A stretch of DNA of 64,000 bases from a virus, in the IMG/VR virus record IMGVR_UViG_3300015263_000962, positions 12,383 to 76,382 of that record, one strand, 5' to 3'. Under the pieces are notes generated by a model. The model had not been told where the DNA came from, did not search any database, and saw nothing but the letters and a program-made list of their open reading frames with translations. The position numbers and the translations under genes were made by a program. Below, piece by piece: positions 9,497-18,967 of the stretch. How positions within the stretch are numbered: the stretch's first letter is position 1; each line of letters starts with the position of its first letter.

Positions 9497-10084
9497 TCAC
9501 AGAAGATCAGGGTCGATCTCCGTGTTGTCTTGAATGTCCAGTGGAGCCAACTTTTCTCGTAGTTTAAGAAGAGGCGTATAGTCCTCGCCCCACAAGTCGG
9601 CTCGTGCGGCATCATGCCAGAAGTTCCATGTGTTCTCGCTCACCATGCTCTTATAAGGCTGGAGTGCTTCGAACATCGCTGCGGCATACTGTTCCAGACC
9701 TGTCAATCGAAGGCTCTTCAACATCCGTGTGACTCGAAGCATCGTATGATTGAATCTTCGAAGCCACCATGGGGTGTCTGTGGCAGATACGATCAAGACG
9801 CTGTTGGGTTCATCTTCAACCAACTTGAATTCAAGAAAGCTCAGAAAGCGTACAAACGCCTGCTTGACCTTCTCTTGAAGTTCCGGGTCGCTCTGAAACA
9901 CCTGACAGTCCTCTCTGGTCATCACAGGAGCATCGCCGTTCATCATGCTCGGCTCATTGGACGGAAAGATCCACTGGATGTAATCGTGGTCCATTTCCAG
10001 TTGTCCGTTGTTCCATGTGAGAATATCGTCAAGTCGGTGGCCGTTGCAGTTGCCCCGTTCACCTCTGTAAAAATCAACAATCAT
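9497..10084 (-). CDS. Opioid growth factor receptor (OGFr_N)-like domain protein
   Basis: LEMDHDYIQWIFP, NHTMLRVTRMLKSLRLTG. Confidence 0.85.
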   Translation of the reverse strand: MIVDFYRGERGNCNGHRLDDILTWNNGQLEMDHDYIQWIFPSNEPSMMNGDAPVMTREDCQVFQSDPELQEKVKQAFVRFLSFLEFKLVEDEPNSVLIVSATDTPWWLRRFNHTMLRVTRMLKSLRLTGLEQYAAAMFEALQPYKSMVSENTWNFWHDAARADLWGEDYTPLLKLREKLAPLDIQDNTEIDPDLL

Positions 10085-10404
10085 CAGTCATCATCCTCTT
10101 CTTCAATTGTGGCCTTTTTGACTTTTTTGCTTTTGAGAAGCCAGTCCAAAAACCCCTCTTTACTCTTGCGAGTCATAACCTGAATCTCGTAGGAGTTGGT
10201 AGCTGGGTCTTTCTGTCTTACAGAAATGATCCGGTCGCCGCTCGACACGATCTGTGGAATGGTTTCAAATGGATCGGCACCTTGGTCAATGTTAACGATG
10301 ACAGTGAGGTGTTTCGTCATGGTCAAGTCATAGACCATCAAACTGCTCACCATTACAACCAACCCGACCAACATACCAAAAACGATTCGTTGTGCCCATT
10401 GCAT
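10084..10404 (-). CDS. Membrane protein, paralog of 15113-15541
   Basis: TM helix; HLTVIV..DQGADP...KSK..FLDWL shared with paralog. Confidence 0.7.
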   Translation of the reverse strand: MQWAQRIVFGMLVGLVVMVSSLMVYDLTMTKHLTVIVNIDQGADPFETIPQIVSSGDRIISVRQKDPATNSYEIQVMTRKSKEGFLDWLLKSKKVKKATIEEEDDD

Positions 10405-10447
10405 ATTTCACCTCTTGTTTGTTTAAGATAGTGCGGGCGCATGAAAA

Positions 10448-10480
10448 AAGACCGGTGCGCACTTTGGGCGCACCGGTCTT
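10448..10480 (-). terminator. Terminator hairpin
   Basis: 13-bp stem aagaccggtgcgc/gcgcaccggtctt. Confidence 0.75.
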
Positions 10481-10507
10481 CAATTTTATGTATGCAGCTA
10501 CCGTCGA

Positions 10508-10813
10508 TTATCGCACAGGATATCTAGGCTCTCTGCCCTGATGCCTGTCAGCGGCCCCAATTTGGTGCCCACGGCGATATTGCTCGTCAAACGTCCAAGA
10601 GAACGGACCCAGCCAAGTCCCACTGTAGCCGTCCCAGTAACCTCTCAGAAAGTCATCCGAAGGAGGAACTTCGTAAAGGTCTGGCTTGTGTTGTTCAACC
10701 GCTGGTGGTGCGGGCTGAACAGGTTGGACGGGCTGTTGAATGGGTTGGGCTGGTTGTGGCTTGCTGCAACCAGCGACGAACAAACAAAACGTAACAAAAA
10801 GGATGTTTCTCAT
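10508..10813 (-). CDS. Putative lipoprotein
   Basis: Lipobox FVAG-C; Pro/Gln linker; AGGAGG RBS. Confidence 0.7.
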   Translation of the reverse strand: MRNILFVTFCLFVAGCSKPQPAQPIQQPVQPVQPAPPAVEQHKPDLYEVPPSDDFLRGYWDGYSGTWLGPFSWTFDEQYRRGHQIGAADRHQGREPRYPVR

Positions 10814-10873
10814 AAGTTCCCTCCTTTCGGTATTTATTCAGCCAGAGGCATTTATACTACAGGAGGATCTGGA

Positions 10874-11485
10874 ATGAAGATTCGGCGTTTTAACGAATGG
10901 GTAATCGAACGACAATTCGATGAAGGTGCCCACATTCTCATTGAATTTGCAGGCAATCCAGCCCAAGAGTTGGAACAGTTCGCTCGTATGCCTGACTCGC
11001 CGCAGAAGAAAGGTTTCGTCCGCCAATTCTGGGCACGTCACAAGAATAAGTTCAAAGGTGCCGCCGTTGGGGCCGCTGGTATCGCAACCTTGATTTTGGC
11101 TGGCATCCCACTCGAATCACTGATCCCATTCTTTGGGTTGAGTGCTGTCCGCCAAGGAATGCACATCGCTGGAAAGAGTCCAGCCCATGAAGCACCTTGG
11201 GCTGTGCCGAAAGAAACTCCCGATCAAGTGTATGTGATGGCCGACCGAGGCATCTGGAAAAACCAAGGCGGACAATGGCAGCAGCTTGACATGCAACGTG
11301 CCGCTCAAGAAATCAAACAACTAACAGATGCGGGACATGTCATTCCAATCCATCGTGACAACAGCACACGTTACAGTGCCGAAGCTAAGATGGAAGATCT
11401 TCTCGATCAGATGGGCGTCGATGGCGACAAATGGTGGTTCCCAACAGAACCATTCGATCCGGCAGAGTTCGGGTTCGACTTCTAA
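10874..11485 (+). CDS. Putative internal head/ejected protein with hydrophobic segment
   Basis: AGGAGG RBS; MKIRRFNEWVIE start. Confidence 0.6.
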   Translation: MKIRRFNEWVIERQFDEGAHILIEFAGNPAQELEQFARMPDSPQKKGFVRQFWARHKNKFKGAAVGAAGIATLILAGIPLESLIPFFGLSAVRQGMHIAGKSPAHEAPWAVPKETPDQVYVMADRGIWKNQGGQWQQLDMQRAAQEIKQLTDAGHVIPIHRDNSTRYSAEAKMEDLLDQMGVDGDKWWFPTEPFDPAEFGFDF

Positions 11486-11904
11486 ATCTTACAGTTCGCA
11501 ATCGTCATGTGAAAGCACTTCCGAAAACCCTCTGGTGGCAGTGTGTATTGGCTGACGACCGGCAACCCTAGTTCCAACCGGATGTCTTCCAGCTTTCGGC
11601 AAAAACAGTTGAGCCAGTAGTAGACCTTCCCCTGCTGGATCTCTGGCGAATACCAGAACTCCACAGGCTCGCCTTCGTACCTACCCCAGAACTCCAGATT
11701 CACCGGCGTCTCTTTCTCTTGCCGAACCACTGTGATGTGTGCAGGCCAGCGAGGACGGTTCACAGGGAGCCATTTGGGGATCAGGGAGCGGTAGTAGTCG
11801 GAGATCTCTTGTTCAGCTTCTACGGCCAATCTGTAGCCTTCTGGGCTGTATCTGAGAATTCCGGTCGTTTTGTGGAGGTTGTTCATCTTGACCCTTTCGG
11901 CCAT
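11482..11904 (-). CDS. 2H phosphoesterase-family protein
   Basis: Two HxT motifs: AHITV and FHMTI. Confidence 0.7.
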   Translation of the reverse strand: MAERVKMNNLHKTTGILRYSPEGYRLAVEAEQEISDYYRSLIPKWLPVNRPRWPAHITVVRQEKETPVNLEFWGRYEGEPVEFWYSPEIQQGKVYYWLNCFCRKLEDIRLELGLPVVSQYTLPPEGFRKCFHMTIANCKI

Positions 11905-11946
11905 CTATCTTAAAGTATTTTCAGTCCAAAAGTCACGGAGGATCAC

Positions 11947-12246
11947 ATGGACGACCGACAAATTTTTCGCAACGCAATGGCCGAAAAAGGCATTGAGTAC
12001 ACGCCCACCGAAGCCGAAACAGTGATGGATGCTGCCATCGAATTCCGCAACGAGATGGACATGAAGGCCCTCGAAGATCCCGACTTCTTCGACAATCTGG
12101 CCGAGATGACCCACGAGGATAAAATACGCATCTGTCAAGAGTTCGCCGACGATGGCACTGAGATGACCGTCGATGAACTGGACGAGATCGTCCAGTTGAT
12201 GCTATCCACTCAGGAAGACGACGAAGTTGACGACTGGTGGAAATAG
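11947..12246 (+). CDS. Small acidic protein
   Basis: GGAGG RBS; about one third D/E. Confidence 0.7.
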   Translation: MDDRQIFRNAMAEKGIEYTPTEAETVMDAAIEFRNEMDMKALEDPDFFDNLAEMTHEDKIRICQEFADDGTEMTVDELDEIVQLMLSTQEDDEVDDWWK

Positions 12247-12261
12247 CCATATCATGATGGC

Positions 12262-12693
12262 ATGAAGTTTTCACCCGCACCTGATGATCCTGAAATCACC
12301 GGGCAATTCCATCGCTTGGTGTCCGAAAACGGCGTCATCGCAATTGGCGTCTATCGGGTGATGTACGGCTTCAGGGTGCGTGCCGGGAAAGCCAAAGACC
12401 TGATGGGCTGCACGCTCGACTGGTGCGGAGGCGGCAACTGGCAGGACGTGGAACGTCTCTATTCGCTGGCCGTCTCAATCCTCTCACAACGTGAAGAAAG
12501 CCCGTCGTGTTTCGACGGGCTTCCCACTTGTTCCGAGGTCAAACCGTTCTTCCTCGACGAATGCTTCACGAAGACGTTGGCCGAAGCTGCTGGCCCTGAT
12601 CTTGAATTGATCAAGCTCCCGCCACCGCCTCCACATCCGCTGTTACAATTTTTGGATCAGCAGGACGACATCGACCAAGACGGTGCAGAATAG
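12262..12693 (+). CDS. Hypothetical protein
   Basis: 143-aa ORF following upstream gene. Confidence 0.55.
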   Translation: MKFSPAPDDPEITGQFHRLVSENGVIAIGVYRVMYGFRVRAGKAKDLMGCTLDWCGGGNWQDVERLYSLAVSILSQREESPSCFDGLPTCSEVKPFFLDECFTKTLAEAAGPDLELIKLPPPPPHPLLQFLDQQDDIDQDGAE

Positions 12694-13076
12694 AGTTTCT
12701 CCACCTCTTCCCGAGTCCGATGCTCATCACAAAGCTGAAAGATGCTGTAGTCCAGCGTGGCAAATTTGGTTGTCCATTCGCCACAGACCTGACACTTCCG
12801 CTGTTCATTCGGGTCTTCGTGATCCAGTTGAAGCTGATGGTCCAACTGATACTGCTTGTAACATTCGCAGGCTTCATCTGCTGACTCGTGACCGTCAGCA
12901 TGGTACTTATTGGCGAAACTGTTGTGCTTCTCGACTTCTGAGGCCGAGATATGGAAGTTCTCGACAAATTCCTTGTCGAACTCCCTGAAAGCGTGACAGT
13001 AGCCTGTTGGATGATTGTTGCGGGTGTAATCCCAGCGACCATCCGATTTCCGCTGTTTTGGCTCGTAGTAGTTCAT
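12657..13076 (-). CDS. Cys/His-rich hypothetical protein
   Basis: AGGAGG RBS; CQVC...LCDEH. Confidence 0.65.
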   Translation of the reverse strand: MNYYEPKQRKSDGRWDYTRNNHPTGYCHAFREFDKEFVENFHISASEVEKHNSFANKYHADGHESADEACECYKQYQLDHQLQLDHEDPNEQRKCQVCGEWTTKFATLDYSIFQLCDEHRTREEVEKLYSAPSWSMSSC

Positions 13077-13119
13077 TATTCCCTCCTGCCTTATAGTAGT
13101 ACGGGTGGCCGAAAAGGAA

Positions 13120-13446
13120 CTACACCAAACCCTTCTCTTTGGCGACTGACAGGGCGGCTTGCGCCGGGCCTTCGATCCAGTCGTTTTCGAAAAGCTTTAC
13201 AGCTTCACAGATGGGACAAACCGCTTCTGCGGCCATCAGGCTGAGGCCGACGACCCGCAACCCCTGCGAGGAAATCATGTTGTTACAGTCCATCAGAGGA
13301 TCATAGTCGTTTTCAGCCCCACGACCCTCCAGTTCTGTGACAATGTTCTTCATGGCATCTTCGCCAGTTTTGGCCCCCAAATGCCCGATGCCCAATTCAT
13401 CCAGCTTGGCTTTCAGTCGGTCCCAGTGTGTTTGGCAGATCTGCAT
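13120..13446 (-). CDS. Hypothetical protein
   Basis: GGAGGAG RBS; CxxHW and CPIC. Confidence 0.65.
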   Translation of the reverse strand: MQICQTHWDRLKAKLDELGIGHLGAKTGEDAMKNIVTELEGRGAENDYDPLMDCNNMISSQGLRVVGLSLMAAEAVCPICEAVKLFENDWIEGPAQAALSVAKEKGLV

Positions 13447-13660
13447 AGTTCTCCTCCATGAGTTTGAGGGGTTGAACCCTCTTAAGGTTGAGTTCGACGC
13501 CTTGTGGATTGCGAAGACGGCCAATCAATGGATCAACGACCACGAATGGCCCATGAGCACAATCGTCTTTATCTCGAATGCGATAGAAGATTCGTTCGCC
13601 CGGCTTGAGTTCATCCCATGAAACAAGTCGGAACTGCATCTGACATTCAAGCCACACCAT
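13397..13660 (-). CDS. Hypothetical protein
   Basis: Tiles in minus-strand operon; GAGG RBS. Confidence 0.5.
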   Translation of the reverse strand: MVWLECQMQFRLVSWDELKPGERIFYRIRDKDDCAHGPFVVVDPLIGRLRNPQGVELNLKRVQPLKLMEENYADLPNTLGPTESQAG

Positions 13661-13670
13661 CGCTGATTCC

Positions 13671-14177
13671 TCAGTACACGGTGCTGGCGATCAGTCCTTT
13701 GCCGTCTGCACACCATTCTTCCGCAGTCTTCGTGACCACACTGTTGTCCTCCTGACGTACAGGAAGCACTGTGTCTGATGATAACTGACGCACATCAAAC
13801 TCGTCAATCTCTTCTTGGCTCCACTCCGTGATCTCGCCTGTCTTGGGACTACGGAGGGGCTCCAGATGTTGATTCAGAGCGTCCTCACGAGATTCAGCGG
13901 CATACCAGTGTTGCTCACCATCATCAACTTCATAGACGGCCAGCTTGCGATTCAACCAGTAGTTTTTCATGGTCGGTTCTTCTTTCTTTGTTCTCATATC
14001 CCAGAATGGATATTGTTTGACCCAAATTTCAATCAATCGTTCTTCTACAACAATTGGTTGTTCGGCCCGAGGGCCATCCTTCTCTGCGAACACACATCGA
14101 AGGCCATCGTCGTAAACAGCCATCCCTCGTTTGCACTTCTCGCAAACGAAGTGTTTACGCTCCTCGTCCGTCATCAT
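13671..14177 (-). CDS. Hypothetical protein with internal MKNYWL motif (possible second start at 13970)
   Basis: GAGGAG RBS; motif similar to starts of 9486 and 29115 genes. Confidence 0.6.
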   Translation of the reverse strand: MMTDEERKHFVCEKCKRGMAVYDDGLRCVFAEKDGPRAEQPIVVEERLIEIWVKQYPFWDMRTKKEEPTMKNYWLNRKLAVYEVDDGEQHWYAAESREDALNQHLEPLRSPKTGEITEWSQEEIDEFDVRQLSSDTVLPVRQEDNSVVTKTAEEWCADGKGLIASTVY

Positions 14178-14439
14178 TTTTCTGCTCCTCGACCAGCTTG
14201 ATTAAGACATCTCCGTGGCAGAGTTCGTCTCGGTCGCACCAACAACCGAGCACTTTGCCGTCGAGTTCATGGATGTCAGCCAGCAGTTCAGGTTTGAGCC
14301 GAATCCACTTCTCGTACATCTCCACGGCTTGTTCTCGGGTCCGGTCCTTGCGGATCGGAAATGGGTTGCCCCATTTGCTCCCCCTACCTATGAAGACATC
14401 AAAAGGCTCTTTCTGATAATGGACTCTGGTTGTTGGCAT
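14155..14439 (-). CDS. DUF4326-family protein
   Basis: FIGRGSKWGNPF...LGCWC...CHGDVL. Confidence 0.9.
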   Translation of the reverse strand: MPTTRVHYQKEPFDVFIGRGSKWGNPFPIRKDRTREQAVEMYEKWIRLKPELLADIHELDGKVLGCWCDRDELCHGDVLIKLVEEQKNDDGRGA

Positions 14440-14629
14440 TTTTCAAATCCTGTGCCCAACGAATAAAGGCGACAGCGATTTCGCAAGCCACCTTGAGCTT
14501 GTCGTCGCTGTCGCCTCCCTCGACTTGTTCTTTAAGACGCTGCACATCATCGTCTTGACCTATTTTTCCGTCAAGTGCAATGCTGACTGCATCAATGATG
14601 CGATGGTCACGATCTGACGCAATTTTCAC
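14399..14629 (-). CDS. Hypothetical protein
   Basis: GTG start inferred; fills operon gap. Confidence 0.4.
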   Translation of the reverse strand: MKIASDRDHRIIDAVSIALDGKIGQDDDVQRLKEQVEGGDSDDKLKVACEIAVAFIRWAQDLKNANNQSPLSERAF

Positions 14630-15014
14630 GATTGACCCTTTCTGCTTTGACCATCCGTTGCTCGATTTCCTTGATGTGTTCGAACAACTGGAGAGGAACT
14701 GCAATGACGTTGCAGTTCTTGGCGGCTTCTGTTTCTGCCTCCTCCTTGGTGCCGACACCATCCCAGCCTCTTTTCCAAGATAGGCCCATCTTGCCGGGGA
14801 AGATTGTCGTCCACTCCTTGAAGACAGGTTCTTGTATGTTCCTTATGAGAACCGGCCCAATGGCGTTCAGTTCGTCTGGATACAGTTTGTGGGTGGCGGC
14901 GTGCTCGTAGGCCATCTGCCAGATAGGGTCGGTGGCTACATCATCTCTGAGCCGGAAAGTCTCTCTGAAGTTCTTCTCGTGCTCGGGGCTGGCTGGAATT
15001 TGTTCTCGTCGCAT
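14607..15014 (-). CDS. Hypothetical protein
   Basis: AAGGAGGAG RBS. Confidence 0.65.
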   Translation of the reverse strand: MRREQIPASPEHEKNFRETFRLRDDVATDPIWQMAYEHAATHKLYPDELNAIGPVLIRNIQEPVFKEWTTIFPGKMGLSWKRGWDGVGTKEEAETEAAKNCNVIAVPLQLFEHIKEIEQRMVKAERVNRENCVRS

Positions 15015-15112
15015 GGCTCCTCCTTAAAGAACTCTTTGTATCGGAATCTTTCAGAAAGCACAAGATCATCCAGACAAGCATAAATAATGAAACGTACCAC
15101 AAGGAGCTTAAA

Positions 15113-15541
15113 ATGGCACACAAGGAACCAATGTCGCTGGAAGACCTACCCCAACATCTCAAATCCGTCAGAGCACACGGAGAAACAGGAAGTGCGCCTG
15201 TTGTTGGTATGGGCCAGATCATCGTGCCTAAGAAATCGTTCGGATGGACCAAGGCCCTGTTCGCCATGATCATGTTCATGACGCTGAGCATCGGTGGCCT
15301 TGTGACCTACAACGCCGTCACACCTCAACATCTGACTGTCATTGTGGGGCTCGAACAAAGTGCCGACCCATCTCAAACGATCTCAAGGATCGTCTCAGAC
15401 AGTGGAGGCGAGATCATCGCTGTGAAGCAGAAGGAAGATTCTGTGTACGAAGTCAAGGTATCCACGCACAAGAGCAAGAATTCGTTCTTGGAGTGGTTGC
15501 GTAAAGACAAAGATGTCAAGAAGGCTTCGCTGGAAGATTAG
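15113..15541 (+). CDS. Membrane protein, paralog of 10084-10404
   Basis: TAAATA at 15081, AAGGAG RBS; TM helix and shared C-terminal domain. Confidence 0.7.
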   Translation: MAHKEPMSLEDLPQHLKSVRAHGETGSAPVVGMGQIIVPKKSFGWTKALFAMIMFMTLSIGGLVTYNAVTPQHLTVIVGLEQSADPSQTISRIVSDSGGEIIAVKQKEDSVYEVKVSTHKSKNSFLEWLRKDKDVKKASLED

Positions 15542-15780
15542 TCTCTTCGAATGATGTGTCCTTCGTCATCGAATTGAATCGGGTGCTCTTGGCACCACTG
15601 ATCGACACACTCGAAATGCAGATAGCCGGTGTCGAATCCAGACACCATGCGAGCCATCACTGGCTCTGTCATACATCTCTTCCCGCATTGATCGCAAGGA
15701 ATGTCAACCGGCCACGTCAGGATGGCTGTGAGGATTGTCAGTAATCCGACTGACAACCAGACTTTCTTTCTTAATGTCAT
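15538..15780 (-). CDS. Small membrane protein with CxxC/HxxC motifs
   Basis: AAGGAG RBS; TM helix; CDQC..HFEC. Confidence 0.55.
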   Translation of the reverse strand: MTLRKKVWLSVGLLTILTAILTWPVDIPCDQCGKRCMTEPVMARMVSGFDTGYLHFECVDQWCQEHPIQFDDEGHIIRRD

Positions 15781-15819
15781 AGGAAACTCCTTTGACATAT
15801 AAGAGTCTGTCCAACAAAA

Positions 15820-15845
15820 AAGCCCAGCCATTGCTGGCTGGGCTT
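15820..15845 (-). terminator. Terminator after major capsid gene
   Basis: aagcccagcca/tggctgggctt with U-tail on minus strand. Confidence 0.8.
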
Positions 15846-15874
15846 CTTGTTTTCTTTGCCTCTCACATCATGGG

Positions 15875-17329
15875 TTAGATGATGAAGTTGGCGATGCTCA
15901 TGCGTGCGTAGAACTTCGCACCTTCACGGAGCAGCTTCTTGCCGTAGCGGGTCAGAATACCCTTGCGTGGGCAGAAGGATTCAGGATCAAGCACCACAGG
16001 TGTCTGTGTCAGCGGGACGTATGGGCAGTAGAAGTAGCCCGAGTCCATGTAGCTGTCGCCCTTGTAACCCAAAAGGATCTGGCCTTGTGGGAACAGCGGG
16101 TCTTTGTACAGACGCCATCTGTTGTTGATCGTACCGACGTACTGGATACCCAGCGACGAGGTGAACGTCTCAGATGGTGCTGGTGCGAAACCTGCGGTTG
16201 CCGTTTCGAAGACGGACGCAACTTCAGGCGAAGTGACGAGCCAGTTACATCCGCCACGGAGGGTCTTACGATGCACGACGTTCGAAACTTCGACGACCTT
16301 GACATACAGCGACTCGTACTTTTCCTTGATGGTGTCACCGAGGGCTGTGTTGAAGTCCCACACAGCGATAGTACCGGCGTTGTTGCGGAGGTCTGTAAGA
16401 ACCTCACGGTCGATTTCGAGGTTGATTTCCTGAGCCAAAACGGCTGTCAGTTCTGCCTCAGCGTCAAGGTTGTGCTGGGATCGGAGATCCTGCTGAGCTT
16501 CGTAGCTCCAGACAGCCTTCAGCTTGCGGGTCTTGGCGGCGATTTCTTCGCTTTCGACCACGAGGTTCACTTCAGGAAGATCCTGATTGCACTCCATGTT
16601 GTACTCGTAGCTCATGACGAGGTGGTTCGGGCCGGGAGCAACGTCCCATCCGATGGTGACTTCGCCAGTCACGAGGTCCAACGTACCGCTCGTCGGGTTC
16701 GATGTCGGAGCACCGATAGCCGAGAAGCTGAAGGTTCCGTTCTCTGCAACAACATAGGTTGCGACGGCGACCGAACCATCATAGACAGTACCGGTCATGG
16801 TGCCTGCGAGAACAGGAGTGTGCTCCAGCGGAGCGAAAATGGATGTCAGGTCATCGCCAGCGTCAGTGCTGGAAGTTTCGTTCTGCACGAATTGATGCGT
16901 GTAGAAGATTTCCAAGTTGCCATCACCGGATGCCAACTGCTGGAGCGATGTCACGTCGTCCGTTGGGAAGCCGCTTGGTGTCAGGTCGGCACCTCGCATT
17001 CCGCCCTTATTGGACGAGTAGCGGAAACGCAGGTAGTACACCAGACCAGTCGGGCCGAGCAATGGCTGGACCGAGACGATCTTGTTGGCGATCAACTGCG
17101 GGTAGATTCTGCGAACCAGCGGAATGCTGATTCTCTTGAACTGGGCGATGTCCCCAGTATCCGTCATCGCCTCATTCATAAGGCGTTGGTTTTCAAGAAG
17201 CACGGCGGCAGCGGCACGCTCTGTTCGGTTTGTGATGCCATCAAGCATCGACTTGCCGTTTCTCAGCGGACGTGACCAGCGGGCTTCAATCTGACGGGCT
17301 TCGTTAAGATATCTTGCGTTAAAAGACAT
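15875..17329 (-). CDS. gp23: Major capsid protein (T4 gp23-like)
   Basis: LLENQ, LVRR..PQLIA..IVSVQP..GPTG, AKTRKLKA.WS.EAQQDL, GYFYCPYVPL, PRKGILTRYG. Confidence 0.97.
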   Translation of the reverse strand: MSFNARYLNEARQIEARWSRPLRNGKSMLDGITNRTERAAAAVLLENQRLMNEAMTDTGDIAQFKRISIPLVRRIYPQLIANKIVSVQPLLGPTGLVYYLRFRYSSNKGGMRGADLTPSGFPTDDVTSLQQLASGDGNLEIFYTHQFVQNETSSTDAGDDLTSIFAPLEHTPVLAGTMTGTVYDGSVAVATYVVAENGTFSFSAIGAPTSNPTSGTLDLVTGEVTIGWDVAPGPNHLVMSYEYNMECNQDLPEVNLVVESEEIAAKTRKLKAVWSYEAQQDLRSQHNLDAEAELTAVLAQEINLEIDREVLTDLRNNAGTIAVWDFNTALGDTIKEKYESLYVKVVEVSNVVHRKTLRGGCNWLVTSPEVASVFETATAGFAPAPSETFTSSLGIQYVGTINNRWRLYKDPLFPQGQILLGYKGDSYMDSGYFYCPYVPLTQTPVVLDPESFCPRKGILTRYGKKLLREGAKFYARMSIANFII

Positions 17330-17341
17330 TTGGTCTCCTTA

Positions 17342-18247
17342 TTAAGCCTCTTGAATTCCAGAAAGAACTAGAAGATCGTTCAAGTGATCAGAGCCTTCCA
17401 TCAGCGTCTCATCATTCTTGCTCGATTTTTGTGCAGCCGGATTGACGTATTCATTAAGAATGTCTCCGTCATTAGCGGCTCTATGCCCACGCCCACTTGC
17501 ATTCTGTGCCTTGCTCGCTCTTTCTTTTCTTCCAACCTTCGAAGCTTCAGTGATAAGCTGGTTTGCAGCCTGTACTTGCTCGTTCAGTTTGTTGTTCTGT
17601 GACGAAAGCTTCACATTGCGTGCTTCCACGATTCTCATCTGGGCTCTCATCTGTTCGATCTGAGAATGTGCTTCTTCGAGCTTCGAAGAGGCAACGCCGT
17701 TGAGATCGTCACGGTCCATGTAGTCGGACAGGATTTCGGCCATCTTGGCGACGGCTACACGCTGTTCCGAAAGGGATGGATCGTTAAGAATGTCACGCTT
17801 TGCGTGCTCGTAGATTTCGGATTCCTGAAGGTTCAAGAACTCATCGACCTTATCGACCATGAAGTCCTTCATTTCCTTCAGCTTGTTGTCGAACTCGTCA
17901 TACAGTTCGACTTCGATGTTTCCGTTCTTGCCCTTCTCCTTCTGGAGTTCCTGATAGGCTTCTTCAAAGCCTTCTTCAAGAGCGGACTCGAATTCTTCTC
18001 GTTGCTCATCAATTCTCTTCATCAGAGAACCGATGATTTCATAAGCTTGCTGATATCCAGCTTCAGCGATGGCTTCGTCGGCTTGCTTTTCTTCAGCAAG
18101 CTGTTCGTAAGCTTCATCAAGCTTCGTTTGGAATTCAGACTTGAGTTCGTTGTAGTTCTCGGCCATCAATTCTTCGACGGCCTTGGCAACCTCACTCACT
18201 TGATTCTCTGGGAGAATACTCTTCAGTGCTTCGGTGATTCTGTCCAT
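17342..18247 (-). CDS. gp22: Prohead scaffold/core protein (gp22-like)
   Basis: Acidic coiled coil between protease and MCP; start overlaps protease stop. Confidence 0.8.
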   Translation of the reverse strand: MDRITEALKSILPENQVSEVAKAVEELMAENYNELKSEFQTKLDEAYEQLAEEKQADEAIAEAGYQQAYEIIGSLMKRIDEQREEFESALEEGFEEAYQELQKEKGKNGNIEVELYDEFDNKLKEMKDFMVDKVDEFLNLQESEIYEHAKRDILNDPSLSEQRVAVAKMAEILSDYMDRDDLNGVASSKLEEAHSQIEQMRAQMRIVEARNVKLSSQNNKLNEQVQAANQLITEASKVGRKERASKAQNASGRGHRAANDGDILNEYVNPAAQKSSKNDETLMEGSDHLNDLLVLSGIQEA

Positions 18248-18948
18248 TAGCCTAACCTCGACTTGTACTTCTGTGTTTGAGATTTCACAATGCCGCCCAA
18301 ACAAGCGATAAGTGCTTCTTTGTTAATCGTATCTATGCAGCTACTCTCAGATTTAATATCCGATTTCGAAGATACGACTCTTTCCAGTGGTCTCGCATCC
18401 GCCCGTGGAGGAGCCACACTCTCTTTCGCAACAACTTTCTCTTGGAAAGCGGCAAACGTCGAAGGGTCAGCAACAGCGTCAAAGGTGATAAGCTTGTAGC
18501 TTTCGCCAATAACTAAGATGCCATCTTCGTTGGTCGATCCGTTTCCTACACCTCTCGAACTAATTCCGACTCTCACGCCATCATCGATCAAAGCTTTAAG
18601 AACTTTGCCGTGAGGTGTGTTCAAGATCTCGCCTTCGCCCATCAGCACATTGCCTTCCCACCAGAGGCGAGTAACAATGTGTGAAGCATTGGCATAGTGA
18701 ATGATGCTATCCGTAGGGTGATCGAGTTCACCGATCAAACTTCTACCGTCGATTGCTTCTTGAAGGCGTTTCACGCTTTCATCAAGGACGGCAAACGGAT
18801 ACATTCTCTTGTTTTTGTTGACTGCTTCTGCCTCTTGGAATTTCCCTCGGAACTTCACGAGCCCACGAGAGCTTTTCGTGGACTCAGTGAGTTCGAATTC
18901 AAAACCAGAGTGCGTGCAACAATCAACGAGTAACATTTGTTGCTCCAT
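18247..18948 (-). CDS. gp21: Prohead protease (gp21-like)
   Basis: NKNKRMY, GELDHP, TPHGK, GISSRGVG, FDAVADPS. Confidence 0.95.
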   Translation of the reverse strand: MEQQMLLVDCCTHSGFEFELTESTKSSRGLVKFRGKFQEAEAVNKNKRMYPFAVLDESVKRLQEAIDGRSLIGELDHPTDSIIHYANASHIVTRLWWEGNVLMGEGEILNTPHGKVLKALIDDGVRVGISSRGVGNGSTNEDGILVIGESYKLITFDAVADPSTFAAFQEKVVAKESVAPPRADARPLERVVSSKSDIKSESSCIDTINKEALIACLGGIVKSQTQKYKSRLG

Positions 18949-18967
18949 GTTGCTTACTCCTTAATGA

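Noticed and set aside
14607-15014. NCNVIAVP resembling MCP GCNWLVTS
   Set aside because: Only 2-3 identities; likely chance
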